Source of the DNA: Octopus vulgaris
Taxonomy: Eukaryota
DNA: 64,000 bases
Direction: 5' to 3'
Assembly: GCA_951406725.2 (NCBI GenBank)
Contig: OX597826.1
Coordinates: 72,912,001 to 72,976,000 of the forward strand
Shown in pieces: positions 1 through 13,999 of the stretch; position 1 is the stretch's first letter; the number at the start of each line of letters is the position of its first letter. The notes under the pieces are model-generated. The model searched no databases and was not told where the DNA came from. It saw only the letters and a program-made list of their open reading frames with translations. Made by a program: the position numbers and the translations under genes.

Positions 1-1016
1 TGACAACGAATTCAATATCAACAACAATTGCAACAAAAGCTATTCAAAGAATATTTAAGAAGTAACTTAAACAGAAACAATTCTAGTAGAACTTATACCA
101 TGTGAACCTTGTGTGATGTGGATGAATATTCTAAAGTATTTAATAATTTTCGCAATGGCAAATTTAATTTAAAAAACTAAAGTGAGCAGGAAATCTAAGT
201 TCCAAACTGTTGATGTAACTGATGATTGAGATGAAGAGGAAATTTTTACTGGAGAAAGGAATACAAAATATTGTTAACCATTTATGTGAAATGGTTAGGA
301 AATAATATCAGTTGATGCATAAATGTTGATAAAACACAGATGTATTGATACATGGAAATGTGGACAAAGTAGAGATATTGATATTTAAAATGTTGGCAAA
401 ATAGTTCTTACATTATGTTGACAAACGGATATTAATATATGGAATCTCAGTAAAATAACATTAGCGATGTTGACTGAAATTATGATATTGGCCCACAAAT
501 TTGGGATATTGATACAAAGTGCTGACAAAATAATGATGATGACATATTGGTCAATAGAGATATTGACCCATGGTATGTGGGCAAATAATATTAAAGGTAG
601 TTCTGATTCATGGAATGTGGGAAAACAGTGATGTTAACATGAAATATTCTCAAAATAATTGAAAAGATTCTTATTGCATTTTGTTTGTTTATTGATGCTG
701 GATGTACTGGTTCCAATCTGGAGTTCCATCGTTGTCTCAGTTCTTTGTCGTTTAACGCACAAAAGGATGGCTTAAACCACTGATATTTATTCTTGTTGCA
801 TATCTTGTGATGCTGTGTTGCTGCCTGGATGCTTCTTCTTATCACCAAACTTTTGAAATAAAAATATTTTACAAAACTCATCATTTGTACATTATTCTCT
901 TAGATTCTTTAGAGTTTATTGTAATCTACAAAGCTTACAGGGCACACACATGCACTGGTAACATTGACATATTAAAGAGCAACAAAAATATATCTGTTAA
1001 TATAATGACATTATTG

Positions 1017-1225
1017 AGGCAGCAAGCTGGCGGAATCGTTAGCATGCCAGGCAAAATTATTAGTGGCATTTCATCTATCTTTATGTTCAGTGTTCAAATT
1101 CCACCAAGTTTGACTTCCATCTTTTCAGAGTCAATAAGATAAGTACCAGTTGAGCACTGGGGTTGATGTAATTGACTTAACCCTTCTTCTTAATTTGCTG
1201 GTCTTTTGCCAAAATTTAAAACCAA
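1017..1225 (+). mobile_element. Degenerate SINE (family C, GGCGGCGAGCTGGCAGAATCGTTAGC head)
   Basis: Similar to 62741-62975 and to the reverse complement of 38150-38714. Confidence 0.7.
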
Positions 1226-1529
1226 TATAATGACAACACGAGAATACAGAAGTCGCAGTTTCAATCTAGACACTTCAGTAGAAACATTGGTATGAGATAC
1301 ACTAAAGGAGAAATAATTTTTAGATGTGTTGAACTTCTTGATTTCAAACAGCTTACACCACACACGCTTGCTTCTTAGCCTATATGCTCTTTTTTTTATG
1401 CACTCATACAAGATGTTTGGGTTAAATTTGACAATTTGTATAAAAGGGAAAGAAAACAATATCTCATCTAAAAAGAAAAGAATTTTTTAAAATCAAAATG
1501 TGTCAACTAGATTATGGCTGGTAGATAAC

Positions 1530-1990
1530 AGTTTACTCAAGGTAGCCACTGTAAGCTACTACAGTGGCCTCAAGACTGCTCCAGAACTTGGTGCATGCAT
1601 ACCTCACTGTGTCCCTGGGAAGACCTTTGAAAACCTTCTTATCCTTGGACTCCAGTTCAGGCCTTAGTATTGCAGGCAGAGTGGTTGGTGTTCTTCTCAA
1701 CCACACCCCACAAACGGGAATTAGGTGACCAGAAACTGGGGCTGATCAAGTCATAGAAATTCTCTAACAACCATTTCTGACTCTTTCCAGAGCGATGGCA
1801 TGGATCTGAATCTTGCTGACACACATATGGCCCTCCAACAGCAACCCTCTTCAATCAAGGTTTCACCAAAACATCCAGCTGTTTCACATAGCCTTCTAAA
1901 TTGAGCCTGAGACCCTGCTTAAAACTGGGACAACTTGATGTCACCTTTACTGGAGATATACCCAGAGGCCACCACAACAGCTTTGTAGTG
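1530..1990 (-). pseudogene. Tc1/mariner (DD37D-like) transposase fragment
   Basis: ORF 1657-1854 GPYVCQQDSDPCH..SQKWL.ENFYD..SPSFWSPNS..WGVVEKNTN matches the second-Asp/WPPNSPD region; similar to 35311-35703. Confidence 0.75.
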
Positions 1991-2038
1991 TCCGTTGCAG
2001 CTGTGCATGTCCTGTCTTTCAGCCTTTGCAGTGTTTAC

Positions 2039-2226
2039 AGAGAACTGAGCTGCAGTCAAGATGTTGACATTTTGATACTTGATGCAAATCATCATTAGAC
2101 AGGTAGCTTGTTTATTATTTTCAGGTGGCTTCCAGCCTCCCATGTCAGCTAGCTTTTTCTCAACCACAACTTTAATCCTTATGCTCTCCACTGCCATTGA
2201 ACATTCACCAATATGTTGTGCTTCTC
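2039..2226 (-). CDS. Candidate internal exon of an unidentified host gene
   Basis: Strong acceptor (T-run)ATCAG, open frame EAQHIGECSMAVESIRIKVVVEKKLADMGGWKPP..., weak GTAAAC donor; no family recognised. Confidence 0.3.
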
Positions 2227-2409
2227 CTGATAAAAAAAAAAAAGGAGACATAAACAAATTGTCGAATTTAGCCTGGCCACCCTGTATGTCTTTGCAAGAC
2301 TGTGTTGGTTTGGTCATGTGATGCAGATGGATGCTAACCGCTCCACAAAGAAGTGCTGATCTCTCAAAGCAGATGGAAGTGGAAGACTCAGGAAGACATG
2401 AAATGAATG

Positions 2410-2738
2410 TGATACCAGTGCCGGTGGCACGTAAAAGCATCATCCGAACGTGGCTGTTGCCAGCACCGCCTCGACTGGCCTCTGTGCCAGTGGCACGTAA
2501 AAAGCACCAACCGATCATGGCCATTGCCAGCCTTGCCTGGCACCTGTGCCGGTGGCACGTAAAAAGCACCCACTACACTCACGGAGTGGTTGGCGTTAGG
2601 AAGGGCATCCAACTGTAGAAATACTGCCAGATCAGACTGGAGCCTGGTGCAGCCTCCTGGCTTCCCAGACCCCGGTCGAACCATCCAACCCATGCTAGCA
2701 TGGAAAGCAGATGTTAAACGATGATGATGATGATGATG
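2410..2738 (+). mobile_element. RTE-type 3' tail/SINE (family D) with internal GTGGCACGTAAAAAGCACC repeats and (GAT)n tail
   Basis: Near-identical copies at 4450-4686 (-) and 6516-6750 (+); diverged copy at 3465-3768. Confidence 0.75.
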
Positions 2739-2817
2739 AAGAATGACCTCAGGATGCTGAACCTTTCTGGTTAGACGATAAAAGAGCAAGATGCCTGGTG
2801 CCTTACTCTACTCAAGA

Positions 2818-3433
2818 AGACTCATACTCTGTAGACTCTGAAGACTCATACTCTGTAGCAGAAGTGTTAAGACTCATACTCTGTAGACTCATAGACTCTG
2901 TAGACTCATACTCTGTAGCAGAAGTGTTAAGACTCATACTCTGTAGACTCATAGACTCTGTAGACTCATACTCTGTAGCAGAAGTGTTAAGACTCATACT
3001 CTGTAGACTCATAGACTCTGTAGACTCATACTCTGTAGCAGAAGTGTTAAGACTCATACTCTGTAGACTCATAGACTCTGTAGACTCATACTCTGTAGCA
3101 GAAGTGTTAAGACTCATACTCTGTAGACTCATAGACTCTGTAGACTCATACTCTGTAGCAGAAGTGTTAAGACTCATACTCTGTAGACTCTGTTGTTAAG
3201 ACTCATACTCTGTAGACTCATAGACTCTGTAGACTCATACTCTGTAGCAGAAGTGTTAAGACTCATACTCTGTAGACTCATAGACTCTGTAGACTCATAC
3301 TCTGTAGCAGAAGTGTTAAGACTCATACTCTGTAGACTCTGTAGACTCATACTCTGTAGCAGAAGTGTTAAGACTCATACTCTGTAGACTCATAGACTCT
3401 GTAGACTCATACTCTGTAGCAGATGTGTTAAGA
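2818..3433. repeat. 60-bp minisatellite built from AGACTCATACTCTGT subrepeats
   Basis: Five consecutive identical 60-nt rows (2881-3180) plus variant units; about 10 units in total. Confidence 0.97.
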
Positions 3434-3464
3434 ACAGTTCCTCTGATGGTGTTAAGCAATTGTG

Positions 3465-3768
3465 GTGGTGTCCACATAAAAGCACTGGTGATGGTGCCAC
3501 ATAAAAGCACCCATGTCATGCCATGTAAAAGCACCTGTAGGGTACCACATAAAAGCACCCATGTCATGCCATGTAAAACACTTGTGCAGTGCCACGTAAA
3601 AGCACCCAGCACCCTCTGTAAAGTGGTTGGCATTGAGGAGGGCACCCAGCTGTAGAAACCATGCTAAATAAGACTGGAGTCAGGTGCAGCTCCCCAGCTT
3701 CCCACCTCTGGTCAAACTGTCCAACCCATGCCAGCATGGACAACAGACATTGAACAATGATGATGATG
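3465..3768 (+). mobile_element. RTE-type tail/SINE family D, diverged
   Basis: GCCACGTAAAAGCACC repeats, GGCACCCAGCTGTAGAAAC, CCAACCCATGCCAGCATGG, (GAT)n tail. Confidence 0.7.
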
Positions 3769-4449
3769 AGTCTTGATCTTTGTAGTCCACTCATTGCTGC
3801 TTTTTCTGGCACACACATCTTTGTTCTTACCAGTTTCTACATTGTTGATACAAAAGCTACACTATTTATGTGTCTGCATGAGGTAACAACTTTCATATTA
3901 TTCATAAATCACTTGCTTTTGCAGAAACAGAGATTCATTTTGCTGTAGATAAGGTTTGTTAAAACCACTTTTTGAATCAGTTGATTTTTCTCCTTGCTTT
4001 GTGGTTGTTTTGATGTTCTTTCTGTTTCTCTTCTGAACTGACAGTGTCTCAAATAAATGACATGGACTTAAAAACGATACAGGCTTTATTAGTAACATAT
4101 TAAATGTGTGTGATAGGAATTTGGGGAATTATCGTTAATAGTAATTGATTTAATTACTCCTGAGTATAAAAACTACCTCTCTCTGCCAAGCCATATTGTG
4201 CCAGTGTGACAGAGTAGGCTCATCAAACCAGTGTGATCTCAAGTTCAAATTCATAGCCTTTACTTCAGAGTGTGGTTAGTGGAGAGAACATGCAGAGGCC
4301 CTCGTACTGCAGTGGATGGAACATAGGTGATCCAATCCAATCCAATCCAATCCAATGAACTGACACAAAGTATATTTCTAATGCTTATTTTATTGACCCA
4401 TAGAAAGATGAAAAGTAGAGTTGATTGTCACAGGATTTCAACTCAGAAC

Positions 4450-4686
4450 TTTAATGTCTGTTTTCCGTGCTAGCACGGGTTGGATGGTTTGACCGGGGTC
4501 TGGGAAGCCAGGAGGCTGCACCAGGCTCCAGTCTGATCTGGCAGTGTTTCTACAGCTGGATGCCCTTCCTGACGTCAACCACTCCGTGAGTGTAGTGGGT
4601 GCTTTTTACGTGCCACCGGCACAGGTGCCAGGGGAGGCTGGCAGTGGCCACGATCGGATGGTGCTTTTTACGTGCCACTGGCACGA
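4450..4686 (-). mobile_element. RTE-type tail/SINE family D
   Basis: Reverse complement of about 2490-2720. Confidence 0.75.
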
Positions 4687-4985
4687 ACAAATTACATGGT
4701 CATGTCCAATTATTGTTTGCACTATCAATGCCATGTCTGTTTTGTAATAATTATTTCTTATTTAGGTACAAGGCCAACAATTTTGAGGATAAAGAGTAAG
4801 ATGATCCCATCAGCCTCAGTTTGACCTGACTAATAGGTTATTTTATTAACCATGAAGTGATAAAAGATAAAGTTAACCTCGGAAGAATTTGAACTCAGGA
4901 TGTGCAGAGTTGGAAGAAATACAGGAAGGCTTTTTTTTCCCCAAACACTGTAATAATTCTGTCACTCCACTTCCCTTTTTGTAAT

Positions 4986-5339
4986 TCTTTTGACCGTGGC
5001 CCTGCTGGAGCACCACCTTTAGTTGAATAAATCGACCTCAGGACTTGCTCTTTGTAAGCCTAGTATTTATTCTATTGGAATCTGTCACCGAACTGCTAAG
5101 TTATGGGGACATAAATACACCAACATCAGTTGTCAAGCAATGGTGGTGGGGATAAACACAAACACACACAAATATATATATACGCCAGGCTTCTTTCAGT
5201 TTCCATCTACCAAATCCACTCACAAGCCATTGGTCAGCCTGAGGCTATAGTAGAAGACACTTACCCAAGGTTTCAATCAGTGGGACCGAACCCAGAACCA
5301 TGTGGTTGGAAAGCAAGCTTCTTACCACACAGCCACGCC
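4986..5339 (-). mobile_element. tRNA-derived SINE (family A)
   Basis: Reverse complement of the 17548-17950 element. Confidence 0.8.
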
Positions 5340-5507
5340 AAGTTTTGTTCTAATTGTTTTTTGAGCAACCACATACATGACTGAATTCAGTTGCAAAAGA
5401 GTAAGCGGTAAGTTATATTATTTATCTTTGCCAGACATAAAGAATGAAAATACATGAGACTGAAGAAGGTTCGAGCACCATTTCTGATGCTTTGACATTT
5501 CTGTCAA

Positions 5508-5873
5508 TGCTATGTCATGGTGACAAGGGTTCCAGCTGATACGATCAACGGAACAGCCTGCTCGTGAAATTAATGTGCAAGTGGCTGAGCACTCCACAGA
5601 CCCGTGTACCCTTAACGTAGTTCTCAGGGAGATTCAGCGTGACACAGAGTGTGACAAAGCCGGCCCTTTGAAATACAGGTACAACAGAAACAGGAAGAAA
5701 GAGTGAGAGAAAGTTGTGGTGAAAGAATACAAAAGAGTTCACCACCCCACTTCCCTGCTGGAGCCTCATGGAGCTTTAAGTGTTTTCACTCACAACACCC
5801 AGACTGGGAATCGAAACCATGATCCTATGACCGTGAGTCCGCTGCCCTAACCACTGGGTCAATGTGTCTCCAC
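5508..5873 (-). mobile_element. tRNA-derived SINE (family B)
   Basis: A/B-box head on the minus strand; shares body with 7266-7588 and 42134-42330. Confidence 0.75.
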
Positions 5874-6269
5874 ATTGTTATTATTAGGGATAGAGGGAAA
5901 GCAGTAAGGTAGTAGCATTGTTAGAGCATCTGAAAAATGCCCGTTGACATTTGTTCCTGTTCTTAATGTTCTGAGTTCAAATCTTGCCAGGGCCATCTTT
6001 GTCTTTCAGCCTTCTGCGATCAATAATATAAAGTATCAATCAATTTCTGGGACCGAATCCCCTTCTTTTCAATACTGCTAACCTTAAGCCTAAATTAGAA
6101 ATCAGTTAATAGTGAGGTGGGATAGGGTAGTATAAGCAGGAGAGCAATACAAAAATACCTTGTGGTTTTGAGTTACATTGCCTTACATTTAGAGTTCAAA
6201 TTGCACCAGGGTTAACTTTATTTTTCAGTATCTTGCTTTGATAAAATATGTACTAGTATAATGCTAAGG

Positions 6270-6750
6270 TGGAGGCACATGGCTTGGTGGTTAGGGTGTC
6301 AGCACCATGATCGTAAGATTGTGGTTTCAATTCCTGGACCGGGCGACGCATTGTGTTCTTGAGCAAAACACTTCATTTCACGTTGCTCCAGTCCACTCAG
6401 CTGGCAAAAATGAGTAATGCTGCGATGGACTGGCATCCCGTCCAGCTGGGGAACACATATGCCATAGAAACCGGGAAACCGGGCCCATGAACCTGGCTAG
6501 GCTTTAAAAGGGTGCATGCCGTGCCGGTGGCAGGTTAAAAGCACCAACCAATCGTGGCCGCTGCCAGACTCCCCTGGCACGTAAAAAGCACCCACTACAC
6601 CCACGGAGTGGTTGGCGTTAGGAAGGGCATCCAGCTGTAGAAACACTGCCAGATCAGACTGGAGCCTGGTGCAGCCTCCTGGCTACCCAGACTCCGGTCG
6701 AATCGTCCAACTCATGCTAGCACGGAAAACGGACGTTAAACAATGATGAT
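6270..6750 (+). mobile_element. SINE family B head joined to a family D RTE-type tail
   Basis: GGAGGCACATGGCTTGGTGGTTAG...GGTTTCAATTCC head; family D sequence from 6516. Confidence 0.75.
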
Positions 6751-6957
6751 ATAATAATAATAATGAAATTATTGTATACAGTGCTCAGGTGCACCACAAC
6801 TTGTCAGAAAGTGCATATAAAGTACATGCAGTAATGTAGAAATGTCTGGAAAGCGAACAATGTATGAGTCAGATACATGCTTGTGTGTGTATGGAGGGGA
6901 GTGTGTGTATGTAGTGTTGGCGAATCTCAGGAAGCATGGAAGTTTTGAAGGATGCAG
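6751..6957 (-). mobile_element. CR1/L2-type LINE 3' end with (ATT)n tail
   Basis: Matches 10800-11010. Confidence 0.75.
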
Positions 6958-7265
6958 TGATGATGATGAATGCTAAGGCTGGCTTAGTCAACTCCTTCCT
7001 TCTTGCTTTCACTGGTGATGTACAGCAGGACTTGTTGAATGCTAAACCAAATACATTGTTGAATTCAATTGTATGCTTTATATTCTTGCTGAGTCATTTT
7101 GTGGTTTGTCTTTTGTTTGTTTTAATAATAATATAATAATAATGAAATTATTGTATGCATGATTATTTTATAATCATGATGTAAAGAAAAAAAAAGCAAA
7201 ACAAAGGACAAAAGACAAGATGACTCAGCAATATTTGTCCTTTGTTTTATATTCATGATGTGTCA

Positions 7266-7588
7266 AGGCATGTGGCTTAGTGGTTAAGGTATTCAGCTCA
7301 TGATTGTAGGTTTGTGAGTTCAATTCCTAGTGGTGTGTTGTGTCCTTGAGCAAGACACTTTATTTCACAGTGCTCCAGTTCAATCATCTGGCAAAAATGA
7401 GTGTTACCTGTATTTCAAGGGACCAGCTTTGTTACACTCTGTGTCACGCTGAATCTCCCTGAGAAGTATGTGAAGGGGGTACGAGTGTCTGTGGAGCGCT
7501 CAGCCACTTGCACGTCAATCTCACGAGCAAGCTGTTCCGTTGATTGTATCAGTTGGGATCCTTGTTTTCTTGACCGATGGAGTGCCCC
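7266..7588 (+). mobile_element. tRNA-derived SINE (family B)
   Basis: TGGCTTAGTGGTTAAG / GAGTTCAATTCC boxes and TGTCCTTGAGCAAGACACTT core. Confidence 0.75.
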
Positions 7589-7928
7589 TATTCATGATGT
7601 CATCATTGATCAAAGAGTCAAAAATAAAAGTATAAACAACAATCAGCTGCTTGTGTTTTTCTTTTTTTCTCAAGGAACATTATCAAGTTTGCCCCTTTTT
7701 AAAAAAAAAAGACGACAGTCTACGATATGGGGAAATTTAGCTGCTATTACATGTTGGTAGGGAGACCATTGAAATTTTTCCCAGTTGCATCATTGTTTTT
7801 TAATGTTATTCTCTTCTTGTAAGGGCGTTTATCTTACCTATTAGCCACATAACAGCCTCAGCTAATACTGGACACTTGCCAATCACAACATCCACAAGAA
7901 GTAACTCTCAAATTGTTTCACTTTATCA

Positions 7929-8199
7929 CAGTAGTTTCCAAACTTTTTCACACACCCAGGCCACATTCCTAGCACCCACGCCCTACTCACCACCACAAAC
8001 ATAGACCACATTCTGCCTCAAATTGAAAACAACTGTATTTCACAAATAAAACATAACCTGATTAAGCCATCATTTTGTTGCTTTTACATCCATTACTCCT
8101 TTTTGGCCACCCCATTATTGCCCCCATTTTTCTTCAGCACTCACTTGGATCCTTCCCCTGCCCACAGAAGGGCAATACCGCCCACTATGAGAACCACTG
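7929..8199. mobile_element. hAT (Charlie-like) MITE
   Basis: TIRs CAGTAGTTTCCA / TGAGAACCACTG; 8-bp TSD CTTTATCA / CTTTATGA. Confidence 0.75.
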
Positions 8200-8217
8200 C
8201 TTTATGAGAATATACTA

Positions 8218-8584
8218 ACAATAACTTACAATAACTCTGAGCACCTTTTCAAACTCCACCTGTCTAACACCTGTGGACATGTTTACAAAGTCAGAAAACA
8301 GCACAGCTCCCATGACTTTCAGAAACATTTTTTCACGCTAAGAGTCGCTGAAGTATGGCACAAACTGCTGGCATCAGTTGTTGGTTGTCGGGGCACTGCA
8401 TCCTTCAAAACTTCCATACTTCCTGAGATTCGCCAACACTACACTTGATTTTCTCCCCTCCACACGCAAGCATGTATCTGACTCATACACTGTTCACTTT
8501 CCAGACATTTGTACATTACTGCATAAACTTTACAAGCACATTGGACAAGTTTTGGTGCACCTGAGCACTGTATACTATAATTTC

Positions 8585-8585
<1 letters not shown>
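8218..8585 (+). mobile_element. CR1/L2-type LINE 3' end
   Basis: Reverse complement of 10800-11190; runs directly into the ATT array. Confidence 0.8.
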
Positions 8586-10007
<1,422 letters not shown>

Positions 10008-10551
10008 TGAGTGAGAGAGCAGTGCATGCCATCAAAGTGACACTGGGGTAAAATATACGAAACCCAGTATACCCATCATGACTACCCAGCTGATAAGGGT
10101 ACATCAGGCACATGCATCACAACCAAATGTGTGTGACATGGTGATCTCATATCAAGATAAACAGTACATGATCTTGCAGGTGGAGCCCAGTTAGAATTTT
10201 TTTCTGCTCGAGTAGCCCATCCCACTCAAAAGGTCCCTGAATAAGGATGTTGAATGAACCACCCATGTTTCCAAAGGTGAATTATCCAAACGTCCAAGAA
10301 TTCCTCTCATCACAAGGCTATGATGCTCCCCTACTACTTCTGCTTGTGATCAGCGATGCACATATCGTCAGCCATAAAGGGACATGGTCAACTGGTTACG
10401 GTCAAACAACTGACAAGCAAATCTGTGGTATTGAGCAGAATATTTGCTGTAGCCCATCTTTTATACCAAAACAAAACAATGTACATGATAACACTTCAAA
10501 TCATTTAAAATCAGAAGCCACGGGAGCCACTGTCTGGTACTGCATCAGGGC

Positions 10552-10555
<4 letters not shown>
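10008..10555 (-). mobile_element. ~550-bp non-coding interspersed repeat bounded by (ATT)n/(AAT)n
   Basis: Copies at 27200-27450, 27475-27913 and 41150-41680 in the opposite orientation; strand assigned so the tail reads AAT. Confidence 0.8.
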
Positions 10556-10603
<48 letters not shown>

Positions 10604-10799
10604 CTTCCACCATTATACTTCCACCATTCCAGGTGTTAAGATTATTCATGCTGACATACTTGTTAGATAATACAGACTCAAAAAACAAGATTTCCTGCAA
10701 TATTTCATAGATGATTGTGGAAAACTAACTCTTGTTGTTGCCTTGTACCAGGGCATATGATGAAATAACATATTAACATATGGACCAGAGTGCTGCATA

Positions 10800-11440
10800 A
10801 AATAATAATAATAATAATGAAATTATTGTATACAGTGCTCAGGTGCACCACAACTTGTCAGAAAGTGCGTATAGAGTATATGCAGTAATGTACAAATGTC
10901 TGGAAAGCGAACAATGTATGAGTCAGATACATGCTTGCGTGTGTATGGAGGGGAGACAATCAGGTGTAGTGTTGGCGAATCTCAGAAAGCATGGAAGTTT
11001 TGAAGGATGCAGTACTCCGACGACTAACAACTGATGCCGGCATTTTTGTTCCATGCTTCAGCAAATCTTAGCGTGAAAAAATGTTTCCTAAAGTCATGGG
11101 AGCTACCAGTTTTCTGACTTTGTAAACATGTCCACGGGTGTTAGATGAGTGGAGTTTGAAAAGGTGCTCAGAGTTATTGTTTGTAAGATGGTTGATAATT
11201 TTATGGGTGTTTGCCAAGTCAGCTGCCAGACGTTGGAGTTTCAATGTGTCCATGCCCAGGGAAGTAAGGCATTCAGAATATGGCAAATGCCTGATGGAGG
11301 GTATTCTTTTGGTTGCACGTCGCTGAACGGCTTCCAGACGATTGATATCCTGGGCAAGATAGGGGTTCCAGACCGGTGATGCAAATTCCAGGTGAGGTCT
11401 TACCATAGCTATATAAAGCTGCAGATAGATAGTCGGAGAT
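10800..11440 (-). mobile_element. CR1/L2/Jockey-type LINE: RT C-terminus plus 3' UTR
   Basis: VRPHLEFASPVWNPYL..DINRLEAVQRRATK..TRGH is the typical C-terminal motif; (ATT)n tail. Confidence 0.88.
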
Positions 11441-11522
11441 AGATAATGTTTACAGTTTTTAAATTCCCGATTTTAGTGGACGAATTTCCCTGCAAAACGA
11501 TATGTGCCTCCAAGTAGGTCGT

Positions 11523-11865
11523 GGATCTTTTTACTTTGACCGGCAGATTTTTAAAATAATTTCTTTGTAACTAAGCACTTTTAAACTTCGTATACTGGTA
11601 GAATGTCTCACATAAAACATCTTTTTCTCTTGGTGTTCTTGAGAAAATTATGCAGTTTGTAAGCTATTTGTTGTTTAATTTCTTGTATTTCGGCAATTTC
11701 AACCAATCAATGACGTCTATTGAGGTGAATACAATTACTGCTGTTGCTTGCCAAAAAGCTCAACAACAACTTCCGGCGGTGTCTATTTCGAGATCGATAC
11801 TCGGGTCATAATTATGGGTGGACACTAAATGAGGGGACGGTTCTGCCGGTCAAAGTGAAAAGATC
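11523..11865. mobile_element. MITE with ~25-bp TIRs
   Basis: GGATCTTTTTACTTTGACCGGCAGA ... TCTGCCGGTCAAAGTGAAAAGATCC; TSD not resolved. Confidence 0.75.
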
Positions 11866-12662
11866 CCGTTTCGTTAGATTTAAATTATCATTATATTAGT
11901 CACTTATTAATTCTAGTATTAAGTTGATTCCTTGCTAAATTTGAACATATTCTGTTAAAAAAATAATAAATAGAAAAAAATAAAAGCAAAAAAGAAGAAA
12001 ATTACAAAGAGTTAATTCAGAGTGGTGAGATATTTCGATTTATTTTCCAAATTCCGCCGAGGTTGACTTTGCCTTTCATCCTTTCGGGGATGATAAATTA
12101 AGTACCAGTTGCGTACTGGAGTCGATCAAACTGACTGGTCCCTTCACCAAAAATTTCGGGCCTTGTGCCTAGAGAAGAAAAGAATATTTAGATTTATTTA
12201 TTTGGTTAAGCAAAATTCAAGAAAAATCACATCTAGTAACCAAACACTGCAGAATTTAACAAGTATATACTTAAACTTTACTGAAAAACAAAGCAAAACC
12301 TAAGAAATATAAAAAAAATTAGATATATACGATGTGAGAAAAAAGCGAATTTATGAGAAATTTTTCTGACAAATTATTGCACATTCGAAAATAGAAATGC
12401 AAGGGAGTGAATTGATGTAAAACCATATATATGAGTTCTCTCCCTTAACAAGAAAATTTAGCAATGTAGAAAGTTGATTTTCACGTAGTTATCACGTAAG
12501 ATTAATTTAAAATCAGTCATTTTTTAGTAAGACAAACCGTACATGGGCAGATCTTTACCTTCTTGCAAAACCGAAGGAAATAATTAGAAATTATATTGAA
12601 ATAGAAGACAAATCAGAAGATAAATCAACGAATTCTTACAACTGATCGAAGAATTGATGAAA

Positions 12663-13058
12663 TCTTTATATATAAAAGTGAAGTTGTGCGTCTGTCTCCT
12701 ACGATTTAGATTCCTAACTACTCCCACATTTTGCGGTGCAGTGTAACCAAAACCGGGTATCTTATAGTCGTGATTCATATCGAGCCCTTCTGGGCATTAG
12801 CGCGAGTCTACGATGAGTCTACGATTTAAAAGAAAATTTACCATAATTTTTTCCCATTTTTAATGCATTTTTTTGCTATTATATAAGGGAAGTAACTCTC
12901 TAAAAATGTATTATTAAATCCCAGAACGTAAAAAGCTACAGTAACCCCCCCCCTTTGTGGTTAGCCATATTGAGATGGCTATTATACTTTACATCTCTAA
13001 AAATGCTTATATAGTTATTTCCCTTACAAACCCGAGCAACGCCGGGCGATACTGCTAG
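12663..13058 (+). mobile_element. Non-autonomous Helitron
   Basis: A|TC 5' end, 3' GC-rich hairpin CCCGAGCAACGCCGGG, CTAG|T end; second copy at 49468. Confidence 0.9.
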
Positions 13059-13351
13059 TAACAGATGAAAGAGAATTCGGTGAAAGTAATTAATTGAAAT
13101 GAAGACATTTTGGAATTGCCTTTAAAAAAATTGTTACTTCTCGTATATTCTTTCCCTGTATACTGCAACATTAATAAACCGCCATTGAATCGGGTCCATG
13201 AGAATTAACTGAAACATTCTCCTTGAGAGCTACTCACTGTACAGACGATATACGGTCACCGGTTAACCATCACGCGCTGACGCTTCAACATTTTCCGAAC
13301 AGGAATGGATCTACTTCTACTCAGACTTTATTTAGCTATTTATTTATTTTC

Positions 13352-13570
13352 TCTTTCTCTTTTTTACTTGTTTCAGTCATTTGACTGCGGCCATGCTGGA
13401 GCACCTCCTTTAGTCCAATCAAATCGACCCCAGGACTTATTCTTTGTTAGCCTAGTACTTAGTCTATCGGTCTCTCCGTTGCTGAACCGCCAAGTTACGG
13501 GGACGTAAACACACCAGCTTCAGTTGTTAAGCAATATTGGGGGGGGGGCAATCACAGATACACAACATAT

Positions 13571-13641
<71 letters not shown>

Positions 13642-13954
13642 CGACGGGATTCTTTCAGTTTCCGTCTACCAAATCCACTCACAAGGCTTTGGTCGGCCCG
13701 AGGCTATAAGTAGAAGACACTTGCCGAAGGTGCCACGCAGTGGGACTGAACCCGGAACCATGTGGTTGGTAAACAAGCTACTTTATTTCATTTAATTTGC
13801 CACAAGGGCAGTACACAGATAGCTGCTACGGGCTGGACATAGACATTAATGAATGATGGTGATGGAATGAAGATGGTGATGGGAGAAGACGAAAGCGCCT
13901 GCCGACCCCCGCTTCTCTAAAACAATGTTCTTTACCACACAGCCACTCCTGCGC
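13352..13954 (-). mobile_element. SINE family A, interrupted at ~13783-13927 by a LINE 3'-end-like piece
   Basis: Reverse complement of 17548-17950; head resumes at TTACCACACAGCCACTCCTGCGCC. Confidence 0.8.
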
Positions 13955-13999
13955 CTATTTATTTATTTATTTTTATATAAATTGTTGTTTTGGTTTGGA

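Noticed and set aside
290-590. Degenerate ~33-bp repeat (ATGTTGACAAA...GATATTGA)
   Set aside because: Too decayed to define a unit or function by eye
2798-3645. Repetitive ORFs or a CRISPR-like array
   Set aside because: Invariant tandem unit, no unique spacers, no cas genes, eukaryotic context
10040-10110. Possible type II hammerhead (GAAA...CTGATAA) in the 550-bp repeat
   Set aside because: Stems I and III cannot form; GAAA is GAAG/GAGG in the other copies
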